From contig OMID01000062.1 in NCBI GenBank assembly GCA_900299005.1, positions 38,543 through 102,542 of the forward strand: DNA of 64,000 nucleotides. Reading direction: 5' to 3'. The notes under the pieces were generated by a model. The model saw only the letters and a program-made list of their open reading frames with translations. It ran no database searches and was not told the origin of the DNA. The position numbers were made by a program, and so were the translations under genes. Shown here piece by piece: positions 22,089-30,842 of this stretch; the stretch's first letter is position 1; each line of letters starts with the position of its first letter. The DNA comes from Oxalobacteraceae bacterium. Its GTDB lineage: Bacteria; Pseudomonadota; Gammaproteobacteria; Burkholderiales; Burkholderiaceae_D.

Positions 22089-22703
22089 ATGACCGAGACA
22101 ATCCAAAGGCCGATGCGCAAGGGAGAACAGACCCGGGCGACTATCCTGGAAGCTGCGTTGGAGCTGGCCAGCCGTGATGGTTTGGAGGGGCTGACCATAG
22201 GCGTGCTTGCTGACCGCATTGGCATGAGCAAGTCGGGCGTGTTTGCCCATTTTGGCTCGCGCGAGGATTTGCAGCTCGGTGTGCTCAGACTCTACAACCA
22301 TCAGTTCGAGCAGGAGGTGGTTTATCCGAGCATACGCGAGCCGCGGGGCTTGCCACGTCTGCAGAGTCTGTTTCGGCGCTGGGTAGATCGCGTCAGCCTG
22401 GAGATCGCCTCGGGGTGCATCTATATCAGTGGTGCTGTCGAATACGACGATCGGCCCGGTCCTATTCGCGACCAGTTGCTCGATATGGTAGATACGTGGC
22501 AGCGTGCACTGCAGCGCGCTGCGCAGCAAGCCCTTGACGCTGGCCACCTTCGACCCGGCACGGATCCCAAGCAGTTGGTGTTCGAAATGTACGGTTTGGT
22601 ATTGGCGTTGCATCACGATGCCCGGTTTATTCGCAGTCCGGTGGCCGTCTCCCGCGCGCAGGCGGGCTTCCAGCGACTGATCGCCAGTGCACGCCTCGAA
22701 TGA
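22089..22703 (+). CDS. TetR/AcrR family transcriptional regulator
   Basis: GLEGLTIGVLA...GMSKSGVFAHFGSREDL HTH; GGAGGAG RBS before ATG 22089. Confidence 0.93.
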   Translation: MTETIQRPMRKGEQTRATILEAALELASRDGLEGLTIGVLADRIGMSKSGVFAHFGSREDLQLGVLRLYNHQFEQEVVYPSIREPRGLPRLQSLFRRWVDRVSLEIASGCIYISGAVEYDDRPGPIRDQLLDMVDTWQRALQRAAQQALDAGHLRPGTDPKQLVFEMYGLVLALHHDARFIRSPVAVSRAQAGFQRLIASARLE

Positions 22704-22738
22704 GGCTGCCGGATGAGGCGGTCTTGAGTGGTGCCCAG

Positions 22739-22876
22739 AACGACCCTGAATAAATTCAGGGTGTCGAGTAGTCATCATCGCTGTGCGTCGCAGGAGCTCA
22801 TCACATCGACGGCTTGTTGTCTTGCCATCAGCCTGGCGAGATAGGGTCTCAGGGTTTTTAATCAATCGGCATGTCT
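22739..22876 (+). mobile_element. MITE-like dispersed repeat, copy D (diverged)
   Basis: AGTCATCATCGCTGTGCGTCGCAGGAGCTCATCACATCGACGGCTTGTTG matches copy C at 37/50; begins CCCTGAATAAA and ends ...TTTAATCAATCGGCATGTC followed by TTAG. Confidence 0.6.
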
Positions 22877-22997
22877 TAGCGCACCCGCTGCGCATCGCGT
22901 GGCGTTGCTGTCAGCGCGCTTTTCCTGAAAACGCGGTACGCTTTGTGCAGAGGCATCCGCCTCGTATTCGCCGTGATTCGATACGCAGGAGAATGCC

Positions 22998-24782
22998 ATG
23001 CCCCACTACGAGCCGCCGCTGCGCGACATGCAATTCGTGCTCGAGGAATTGCTCGACCTTGACACCGAACTGGCGCAGCTACCGGCCCATGCAGGACTTG
23101 ATGCGCTCACCTTCCGTCAGGTGCTCGAAGAGGGCGGCAAGTTCGCCGCTGGCACCCTGTTCCCGCTCAACCACTCGGGTGATCGTGAAGGGTGCCACTA
23201 TGATGCTGCCACTTGCAGTGTGACGGCGCCGAGCGGCTTCAAAGAAGCGTATCAACAGTATGTAGCAGCGGGTTGGCCATCGCTGTCCTGTGATCCGGCG
23301 TATGGGGGGCAGGGTCTGCCGGTCGTGCTGAATAATTCGCTCTACGAGATGCTCAATTCGGCAAATCAGGCGTGGACCATGTATCCCGGCTTGTCGCATG
23401 GCGCCTACGAATGCCTGCAGGCCCATGGCAGTGCAGCGCAAAAGCGATTGTATTTGCCCCGTCTGGTCTCAGGTGAATGGACTGGCACCATGTGCCTGAC
23501 CGAACCGCACTGTGGCACCGACCTGGGCCTCTTGCGCACCCGCGCCACACCGCAGACGGATGGTAGCTACCGGCTGGTGGGGAATAAGATCTTCATCTCC
23601 GCTGGCGAGCACGATCTTGCCGCAAACATCGTGCATCTGGTGCTGGCGCGCTTGCCGGATGCGCCCCCCGGCACGCGCGGAATTTCACTTTTTGTCGTAC
23701 CCAAGTTCTTGCCTGATGCGTACGGGGAGCCCGGTGAGCGCAATCCGATCTGGTGCGGTGCGATAGAACACAAGATGGGTATCCACGGCAATGCCACCTG
23801 TCAGATCAATCTGGACAGCGCTACCGGCTGGCTAATTGGCGAGCCCCATCGGGGCCTCAACGCGATGTTCGTGATGATGAATGCCGCACGGCTGGGAGTG
23901 GGCATGCAATCACTCGGACTGACCGAGGTGGCTTACCAGAACGCGCTCGCCTATGCCCGAGAGCGCGTGCAGGGACGCAGTCTATCCGGTGCCCACTCGC
24001 CCTCAGCTTCTGCTGATCCGATCATCGTGCATCCCGATGTTCGCCGCATGCTCATGACAGCCCGTGCCTATGCGGATGGCGGTCGTGCCTTTACGTCATA
24101 TGTGGCATTGATGATTGATCGCGAACTCAATCATCCGGATCAAGCTGTGCGTCGCGAAGCCGCAGAGGAAGTCGCACTGCTCACACCCGTCGTCAAAGCC
24201 TTCCTGACTGACAATGCCTGGGTGGCGACCTCGGAGGCCCTTCAAGTCTTGGGTGGTCATGGCTATATCGCCGAGTGGGGGATGGAGCAGTATGTTCGCG
24301 ATGCGCGCATCAACATGATTTACGAGGGTACCAATACCATACAGTCCCTGGATCTTCTGGCGCGCAAAGTCTTGGCAGACAAGGGCGAGCGGCTGCGTTG
24401 TTTCGGGGACAAGATCAAGCAGTTCATTGTCAGCCAAAGCGCCGACCCGGCGATGGCCGAGTTCATTGCACCGCTGTCGGATCTCTCGGAAAAACTTGCC
24501 AAGCTGACCGCCGAGATCGGCAGCAAGGCGACTGAGGATCCCCAGGAAATGGGGGCAGCAGCAGTACCCTATCTGCGTATTGCCGGACATTGGGTGTACG
24601 CCTATTTCTTCGCTCGTATGGCAAAGCTCTCGCTGGCCAATGCCGCAGGCGGCGACAGGTTTTATCAGGCTAAACTGGCGACAGCGCGCTTTTACTTCGC
24701 GCGTCTCTTGCCAGAAACGACAATGCTGATGCGACAGGCGCGTTCTGGTGCTGCAAGCCTGATGGCCATGGAGTTTTCCTGA
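22998..24782 (+). CDS. Acyl-CoA dehydrogenase (long, ~594 aa type)
   Basis: WTMYPGLSHGA, GTMCLTEPHCGTDLG, KIFISAGEHD, EHKMGIHGNAT, IYEGTN. Confidence 0.95.
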   Translation: MPHYEPPLRDMQFVLEELLDLDTELAQLPAHAGLDALTFRQVLEEGGKFAAGTLFPLNHSGDREGCHYDAATCSVTAPSGFKEAYQQYVAAGWPSLSCDPAYGGQGLPVVLNNSLYEMLNSANQAWTMYPGLSHGAYECLQAHGSAAQKRLYLPRLVSGEWTGTMCLTEPHCGTDLGLLRTRATPQTDGSYRLVGNKIFISAGEHDLAANIVHLVLARLPDAPPGTRGISLFVVPKFLPDAYGEPGERNPIWCGAIEHKMGIHGNATCQINLDSATGWLIGEPHRGLNAMFVMMNAARLGVGMQSLGLTEVAYQNALAYARERVQGRSLSGAHSPSASADPIIVHPDVRRMLMTARAYADGGRAFTSYVALMIDRELNHPDQAVRREAAEEVALLTPVVKAFLTDNAWVATSEALQVLGGHGYIAEWGMEQYVRDARINMIYEGTNTIQSLDLLARKVLADKGERLRCFGDKIKQFIVSQSADPAMAEFIAPLSDLSEKLAKLTAEIGSKATEDPQEMGAAAVPYLRIAGHWVYAYFFARMAKLSLANAAGGDRFYQAKLATARFYFARLLPETTMLMRQARSGAASLMAMEFS

Positions 24783-24788
24783 TATCCC

Positions 24789-25550
24789 ATGAGTGATGAC
24801 ATTCTTTACGCGTCTGATGGCGGCATAGCGACACTGACCTTCCATCGGCCTGACAAAAAGCACGCGATTACTGCTCACATGTATGCCCTGCTGGCGCAGG
24901 GGCTGCGTGCAGCAGCCTCCGATGACACCGTGCGCGTGATCGTGATGACGGGATCTCACGGCATTTTCACGGCCGGTAACGATCTTGAGGATTTTCTGCA
25001 TCATCCTCCGCAGGGTAACGACAGCCCAGTGCTGCAATTCATGCGTGCGCTGCGGGATCAGCCCAAGCCGGTAATTGCCAGTGTTCATGGGATGGCCATC
25101 GGCATCGGCACCACGCTCTTGATGCATTGCGATCTCGTCTATGCAAGCCAACAGGCGCGGTTTGCCATGCCGTTTACTCAGCTGGGCTTGTGCCCTGAGT
25201 TCGCCTCCAGCTGGCTGATGCCTCAGCTGGCAGGCTATCATCGCGCTGCAGAGATGCTTCTTACGGGCGAATCCGTATCGGCAGAGCAGGCGGCCGAGAT
25301 GGGGCTGGTCAACCGAGTGCTGCCCGCCGCCGAGTTGGATGCTGTTGTTCATTCAAAGGCGCAGACGCTCGCCGCTTTGCCCTCCGATGCCGTGCGCACG
25401 ACGAAGCGATTGATGAAGTCGGCATCATCATCAACCCTTGAGTGCGTGATGCAGGAGGAGTTAAATGAATTCACGCGCTTGCTCTGCGGGCCGGATGCCA
25501 AAGAGGCGTTCAACGCATTCATTCAGAAGCGCAGGCCGCCATTGAACTGA
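24789..25550 (+). CDS. Enoyl-CoA hydratase/isomerase
   Basis: FTAGNDL, GMAIGIGTTLLMHCDL, LGLCPEFASS crotonase motifs. Confidence 0.93.
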   Translation: MSDDILYASDGGIATLTFHRPDKKHAITAHMYALLAQGLRAAASDDTVRVIVMTGSHGIFTAGNDLEDFLHHPPQGNDSPVLQFMRALRDQPKPVIASVHGMAIGIGTTLLMHCDLVYASQQARFAMPFTQLGLCPEFASSWLMPQLAGYHRAAEMLLTGESVSAEQAAEMGLVNRVLPAAELDAVVHSKAQTLAALPSDAVRTTKRLMKSASSSTLECVMQEELNEFTRLLCGPDAKEAFNAFIQKRRPPLN

Positions 25551-25560
25551 TGTGGCGGAG

Positions 25561-25566
25561 TACAAT
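25561..25566 (+). promoter_or_regulatory. Probable -10 element of rnpB
   Basis: TACAAT 9 nt before the predicted RNA 5' end. Confidence 0.55.
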
Positions 25567-25575
25567 CCCGCTTGT

Positions 25576-25880
25576 GAAGCAGATCAGACAGTCGCCGGCG
25601 TGCGTGGCACGCGGGAGGAAGGTCCGGACTCCACAGAGCAGGGTGACGGCTAACGGCCGTCCGTCGTGAGGCGAGGAACAGGGCCACAGAGACGAGCGTA
25701 TTCAGTTACGGTGAAACGCGGTAACCTCCACCCGGAGCAATTCCAAATAGGCATGCAATGACGTGGCTCGCCTAGCATGCGGGTAGGAAGCTTGAGCGCC
25801 GGAGTAATTCGGCGCCTAGAGGAATGACTGTCAGGGCCGCGCAAGTGGTCTTACAGAATCCGGCCTATCGATCTGCTTCA
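25576..25880 (+). ncRNA. rnpB: RNase P RNA (bacterial type A)
   Basis: Terminal stem GAAGCAGATC/GATCTGCTTC; GAGGAAGGTCCGGACTCC, AGGGCCACAGA, GGTGAAACGCGGTAACCTCCAC, GGGTAGG, TAGAGGAATGACTG, ACAGAATCCGGCCTAT conserved elements. Confidence 0.97.
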
Positions 25881-25991
25881 CATGCTCTCTTTTTGCTCTG
25901 CCCAGGAGCTGCTGTGTGACTACCCAGCGCGATGAGTGGGTTGCCGGCCTGATGCGTCTTTGCCTGGGGTGCGGCTTGGCGGTGCGGTCTG

Positions 25992-26228
25992 TCACCGTCT
26001 CCTGAATACCCGGCTCGGCTGGCGGTCGAGGTTGGCCATCCATTCGGTAATTCTGCTCACCATCTCGGGTTTGGGCAGACGATCGAACTCCTCATATTTC
26101 GACAGCGCGGAGGCGCTGATTCCCAGCTGCTCGGCGACATCCTTGTTTCGCATGCCGCGCGATTGGCGCAAGTGCTTGAGCTGTGCCAGTGTACTGCGAG
26201 TCTCTTCGGGAATATCAAGTATCGCCAT
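25992..26228 (-). CDS. Small XRE/Cro-CI family helix-turn-helix protein (78 aa)
   Basis: LKHLRQSRGMRNKDVAEQLGISASALSKYEEFDRLPK is a typical HTH_3 pattern; strong AGGAGG RBS. Confidence 0.85.
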   Translation of the reverse strand: MAILDIPEETRSTLAQLKHLRQSRGMRNKDVAEQLGISASALSKYEEFDRLPKPEMVSRITEWMANLDRQPSRVFRRR

Positions 26229-26467
26229 GGCTTTTCCTCCTGAGATCGAAAACTACTGTCTCAGGGGAAGACTACCCTCTGGCCTCGGCCACGAGTGCTG
26301 ATTCATCAGCAGATTGCCCGGCTATTCAAGGTTCGTGCGTCTGGGTAGAGGTTTGGGCCCTCAGGTAACTATAGCGTTCAGGCGGTAGATTCCGCGAGGG
26401 TATACAAGGGGGAAAAGGCAAAAGGGGTAATCGCTTGTGGCATGACGCTCGACACGCGCTCCAGGTT

Positions 26468-26962
26468 TTACAGAAAGCTGATCGAGCGCAGCTTGAGGCA
26501 AAACGCGCCAGCTTGCCTGTCTGCGATCATTAGCCCCAACTGGCGTACCTGAGCAAACGAGTGCAATGCAGGCGCTGCCGCCGGCCGGCCACGAAATGTC
26601 GGCCTGAACTGATCCAGCCCAAGGTCAATAGCCATCCACTGGTGCGAGGCCGGATGGAAATCCGCTTGGTAGCTGATCCCGTCAAAGTCATCGTCCGTGC
26701 GCAGAGCGAGTTTATACACCTTACCGTCGCCCAGCACTTGCAGTCGGATCAGGTAGCTGTTTTCCGGGGGAGGCTGATGCAGTCGGTGCCTGACAGAGGC
26801 GAAGGCACCCCGATTCTCCAGCGAGACCAGGCCCTCAAAGCGCGCGGTGCCCTCGTCGTCCTGTCGAAGGCGGCTTTGAGACAGGCCGCCCATCACACCA
26901 TCATTGATCGGGGTCCACGCGCCGGGAGTCGTCAGTTCTCGGGCGTTCAGGTGCAGGTTCAT
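26468..26962 (-). CDS. CIA30 family (complex I intermediate-associated protein 30-like) protein
   Basis: WTPINDGVMGGLS, VSLENRGAFASVR, GDGKVYK, FRPTFRGR, GLMIADRQAGAF. Confidence 0.85.
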   Translation of the reverse strand: MNLHLNARELTTPGAWTPINDGVMGGLSQSRLRQDDEGTARFEGLVSLENRGAFASVRHRLHQPPPENSYLIRLQVLGDGKVYKLALRTDDDFDGISYQADFHPASHQWMAIDLGLDQFRPTFRGRPAAAPALHSFAQVRQLGLMIADRQAGAFCLKLRSISFL

Positions 26963-27148
26963 GCCGAGAGTGTACGCCGGTGATTCGCCCGGTTGTGACG
27001 CTGACTTCGTTTACTCGGCCAGGCAAGGCGGCCTTTCGTTCGCGACTTTTTTGCCGCTGCGGCGGTCAGGGCGTCTACCAAGGCCCTGCATCGTTCGCGC
27101 AACGCACAAAACACATGTGTATTACTAAAGCTCTACTTTCAATAGTCT

Positions 27149-27220
27149 CGCTAAGTCCTTCATTTTTCGAGCCTATTCGATGCCTAATCCGCTTCAACAA
27201 GTGACGCTAAGTCCTTGACT
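27149..27220. promoter_or_regulatory. Two IHF-like sites (CGCTAAGTCCTT repeated at 27149 and 27205)
   Basis: 12-bp direct repeat; TAAGTCCTTGAC resembles the IHF consensus YAANNNNTTGATW with one mismatch. Confidence 0.4.
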
Positions 27221-27257
27221 TCATTGAAAAAACCGGCGTTTCACTCGGTGATATTCC

Positions 27258-27319
27258 TTGACCGAAAATTCTCCATCCTCTAAAGTGGGCAATAGTGTGA
27301 AAAAGTGTTTTTTTGTGGG
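27258..27319 (+). promoter_or_regulatory. dcw (Pmra) promoter with four MraZ boxes
   Basis: TTGACC(27258)-N17-TAAAGT(27281); GTGGG/GTGTG/GTGTT/GTGGG at 27285, 27295, 27305 and 27315 (exact 10-bp period). Confidence 0.8.
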
Positions 27320-27403
27320 AGACATTTTCATTTCTTCCAACATTCCGACACGCACGGTTGAAGTGATGTTGATTAATTTTTAAGGATAAGGGAGGGAGTC
27401 TCG

Positions 27404-27832
27404 GTGTACCAGGGGGCGTCGGCGATGAGTATGGATGCAAAGGGAAGGGTATCGATACCGGCCCGGCATCGTGACGCGCTGACAGTGCAGTGCGAGGGGC
27501 GCATCACGCTCACGCGTCATCCGCATGGCTGCCTTCTTTTGTTTCCTCGTCCTGTTTGGGAAATTCACCGGGAGCAGATCGCAGCATGGCCCATGTCGGC
27601 GCGCGCGTGGCAGCGCATCTTTCTCGGCAATGCATCCGATGTGGAGATGGATAACGCGGGCCGCATTCTGATTGCTCCCGAGCTGCGCACCGCATCGGGA
27701 CTGACGCGCGACATCATGCTGTTGGGCATGGGCAGTCACTTCGAGATCTGGGATGCCGCACAACTGGAGGAGAGCGAGTCGCGGGCTATCGCCGCAGGCA
27801 TGCCCGACGTGTTGAACAACTTTTCCTTCTGA
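27404..27832 (+). CDS. mraZ: Division/cell wall cluster transcriptional repressor MraZ
   Basis: [29 protein letters not shown]; first gene of the dcw cluster. Confidence 0.96.
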   Translation: MYQGASAMSMDAKGRVSIPARHRDALTVQCEGRITLTRHPHGCLLLFPRPVWEIHREQIAAWPMSARAWQRIFLGNASDVEMDNAGRILIAPELRTASGLTRDIMLLGMGSHFEIWDAAQLEESESRAIAAGMPDVLNNFSF

Positions 27833-27841
27833 TAGCAGCCC

Positions 27842-28810
27842 ATGAATCCCCCGACGGTGCCTGAGTATTCGCACCGAACCGTGCTGCTGGAAGAAGCCGT
27901 GGATGCGCTGGCAATCGCTGATGCGCGTCGCGATGGTGTTTACGTCGATGGCACTTTTGGAAGAGGCGGTCACAGCCGCCGCATTCTGTCGGCGCTCTCC
28001 GAGCGTGGGCGGCTGGTCGCCTTCGACAAGGATCCGCAGGCTATCGAAGTCGCTCGAGAGCTTGCATGTGGCGATGCGCGGTTCGCGATAGTTCATGACA
28101 GTTTCGCGACGATGGGTGCAGCGCTCACTGAGATGGGCATAGAAAAAATTGATGGCGTGCTGCTCGATCTGGGCCTGTCTTCTCCGCAGGTTGATCAGGC
28201 AACTCGCGGATTCAGTTTCCGGGCTGATGGTCCGCTGGACATGCGCATGGACACCACGCGCGGGATCTCGGCGGCTCAATGGCTGGCTAACGAAACACAG
28301 GACAACCTCGAGAAAGTGATTCGCGACTATGGGGAAGAACGGTTTGCTTTTCAGATTGCAAAGGCGATTATTGCTCGCCGGGCGGTCCGGCCCATTCTCG
28401 GCACGCGAGACCTTGCCGCGATCGTGGCTGGCGCCGTCAAGACCCGTGAGCAAGGGAAAGACCCGGCCACCCGGACTTTTCAGGCTATACGGATTCACGT
28501 CAATCAGGAACTTGAAGAACTGGAAGCAGGTTTAGCGCAGGCTTATGGCCGTCTGTCGCCGTACGGGAGAATGGTGGTGATCAGTTTTCATTCGCTGGAA
28601 GATCGTATCGTCAAGCGGTTCATGGCCGGGAAGGCCCGTGTACCGCAGCCCGATCGTCGGCTGCCCATTCGTGCTGCCGATTTGCCCCAGCCAGGGATGA
28701 AGCTGCTGGACCGCGTGAAGCCAGACGAGACGGAGATTCTGGCTAATCCGCGCGCTCGCTCAGCTCTCATGCGCAGCGCCATGCGATTGCCTTCAGGAGC
28801 ACTGACATGA
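27842..28810 (+). CDS. rsmH: 16S rRNA m4C1402 methyltransferase
   Basis: [51 protein letters not shown]. Confidence 0.97.
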   Translation: MNPPTVPEYSHRTVLLEEAVDALAIADARRDGVYVDGTFGRGGHSRRILSALSERGRLVAFDKDPQAIEVARELACGDARFAIVHDSFATMGAALTEMGIEKIDGVLLDLGLSSPQVDQATRGFSFRADGPLDMRMDTTRGISAAQWLANETQDNLEKVIRDYGEERFAFQIAKAIIARRAVRPILGTRDLAAIVAGAVKTREQGKDPATRTFQAIRIHVNQELEELEAGLAQAYGRLSPYGRMVVISFHSLEDRIVKRFMAGKARVPQPDRRLPIRAADLPQPGMKLLDRVKPDETEILANPRARSALMRSAMRLPSGALT

Positions 28811-29088
28811 GCAACCGTGCGCTCTTTCCCTTGGTTGCCTTGCTAGTGGCTTGTTCACTGCTGCTGGTGAATGCACAGTTTCATGCGCGCCGCTTGTTCA
28901 TTGAGCTCGAGCGAGCTCAGCTGCGCCAGAGAGAGCTGGAGACCGAATGGGCGCAGTTGCAGCTAGAGCAGTCGCTGCTGGCCAAGCACGCTCGCATTGA
29001 CTCCATGGCGCGCGCTACGCTGCACATGTCGCCACCCGGTACTGGGCGAACTCAGTACATGAGGTACATGACACTGGGAGGGCAGTAG
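28807..29088 (+). CDS. ftsL: Cell division protein FtsL
   Basis: Single TM followed by a coiled coil, between rsmH and ftsI. Confidence 0.9.
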   Translation: MSNRALFPLVALLVACSLLLVNAQFHARRLFIELERAQLRQRELETEWAQLQLEQSLLAKHARIDSMARATLHMSPPGTGRTQYMRYMTLGGQ

Positions 29089-30842
29089 TGCGCGCGCCCA
29101 GCAGAAAGGCGGCAGGACGCGGGGTGGCTTTCGCAGCCAGTCCGGTGCTCGCCGTGAAGCTTCCGGCATGGCGCTCCCGTCTCGCGCTCTTTCTGTTATT
29201 TGCGGCTTTTGTCGCGCTGGCGGTGCGCGCCTTCTGGCTTCAGGCACTGTCAACCGATTTTCTGCAGAAAAAAGGCGAATCACGCTACGCACGCACGCTC
29301 GAATTACCTGCAGTGCGAGGCAAGATCCTCGACCGCAATGGCGAGGTAATGGCGTCGTCATTGCCCGTGAAAGCCATCTGGGCGATTCCCGACAGTGTCG
29401 AGGCTCCTCCTGAAAAATTACGCCAACTTGCGCAATTGCTCGACATTGGCTACCCCGAACTGCAAAAGAAACTCGAGTCCGATACCAGCTTTGTCTATCT
29501 CAAGCGGCAAGTTGACAATGACATCGCCGATAAAGTGATCGCGCTGGATATCCCTGGTTTGCATACCAAGAAAGAATACAAGCGCTTCTATCCCGCCGGC
29601 CATGTGGCCGCACACGTACTTGGCTTTACCAACGTTGAAGACAAGGGGCAAGAGGGCATGGAGCTCGCGCACCAGGAGGCGCTGGGTGGCGTGATCGGCA
29701 GCCGCCGCGTGATTCGCGATCGTCTTGGCCGGGTCGTTGATGACATCGCACTCCTGCGTGAACCTCAGGATGGACGTGATCTCACCCTGTCCATCGACAG
29801 CAAGATCCAGTACATGGCTTTTACAGAGCTGCAGCAGGCGGTGGAGCAGCACAAGGCCAAGGCGGGTGGCATTGTCGTGCTCGATGTCAAGACAGGCGAA
29901 GTGCTGGCGCTGGCTAACATGCCGACTTACAACCCGAACAGCCGCACAGGATTGACTGGCGCGCAATTGCGCAACCGTGTCTTCACCGATACGTATGAAC
30001 CCGGATCGACATTGAAGCCTTTCACGGTGGCGCTGGCCATGGAAAAAGGTCTGGTCTCCCCGACCACCGTACTGGATACGCCGAACAAGCTCACCATTGG
30101 ACCATCCACTATTGGCGATTCACATCCGCATGCAGCTGCGCTGTCGGTCTCGCAAATCATTCAACAGTCATCTAATGTCGGCACCGTGCGCATGGCGCAG
30201 AAGCTGGAGCCTCGCCAGATGTGGGAAATGTTCTCCTCGGTCGGTTTCGGTCAACAGCCGCGCTTCGGGTTCCCGGGGGCCGTCGCCGGCCGGATGCGAC
30301 CGTACAAGACCTGGCGTCCCATCGAGCAGGCAACCATGAGCTACGGCCATGGCATTTCGGTCTCGCTGATTCAGGTGGCCCGCTCTTACATGATCTTTGC
30401 GCGCAATGGCGACATGATTCCCTTGTCCTTTCAAAAAGTGTCGCAGCTGCCCCAGCCACAGCGTGTGATCAGTGAAAAGACCGCGACCCAGATGCGAGAC
30501 ATGATGGAGCTGGTGGTCGGTCCGGGCGGCACTGCCCCACAGGCACAGGTGCGCGGCTATCGCGTGGCTGGCAAGACGGGCACTGCACACAAGCTGGAAA
30601 ACGGCCATTACGTCAACAAATACGTCGCATCCTTCGTTGGGCTTGCGCCGGCGTCGGATCCGCGTATCATCATTGCCGTCATGATCGACGAGCCCAGCGC
30701 AGGCAAGCATTTTGGGGGCTTGGTTGCTGCGCCCGTTTTTGCCAACGTGGCTGCCAGCACCCTGCGTTCGCTTAATGTGCCGCCCGATGCCAGCATCACC
30801 AACGTGATCATGCCGGCCGAGCCGGTGGCGGAGAACCTGTGA
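29088..30842 (+). CDS. ftsI: Peptidoglycan D,D-transpeptidase FtsI (PBP3)
   Basis: RGKILDRNG, YEPGSTLK (SxxK), SSN, KTG motifs. Confidence 0.96.
   Translation: MRAPSRKAAGRGVAFAASPVLAVKLPAWRSRLALFLLFAAFVALAVRAFWLQALSTDFLQKKGESRYARTLELPAVRGKILDRNGEVMASSLPVKAIWAIPDSVEAPPEKLRQLAQLLDIGYPELQKKLESDTSFVYLKRQVDNDIADKVIALDIPGLHTKKEYKRFYPAGHVAAHVLGFTNVEDKGQEGMELAHQEALGGVIGSRRVIRDRLGRVVDDIALLREPQDGRDLTLSIDSKIQYMAFTELQQAVEQHKAKAGGIVVLDVKTGEVLALANMPTYNPNSRTGLTGAQLRNRVFTDTYEPGSTLKPFTVALAMEKGLVSPTTVLDTPNKLTIGPSTIGDSHPHAAALSVSQIIQQSSNVGTVRMAQKLEPRQMWEMFSSVGFGQQPRFGFPGAVAGRMRPYKTWRPIEQATMSYGHGISVSLIQVARSYMIFARNGDMIPLSFQKVSQLPQPQRVISEKTATQMRDMMELVVGPGGTAPQAQVRGYRVAGKTGTAHKLENGHYVNKYVASFVGLAPASDPRIIIAVMIDEPSAGKHFGGLVAAPVFANVAASTLRSLNVPPDASITNVIMPAEPVAENL

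Noticed and set aside
24096-25352. 418-aa minus-strand ORF
   Set aside because: Antisense shadow of the acyl-CoA dehydrogenase and enoyl-CoA hydratase genes; no motifs; long shadow ORFs are expected at this GC content.
26296-26311. CUGAUGA on the minus strand suggesting a hammerhead ribozyme or fluoride riboswitch core
   Set aside because: No GAAA after a stem II and no GUH cleavage context; the fluoride 5' consensus is absent.
26365-26393. GTAACTATAGCGTTCAGGCGGTAG resembles the 23S rRNA I-CeuI site region (GTAACTATAACGGTCCTAAGGTAG)
   Set aside because: 18/24 match only, with no flanking rRNA similarity; consistent with chance.
27380-28498. 372-aa minus-strand ORF
   Set aside because: Antisense to mraZ and rsmH; no recognisable domain.
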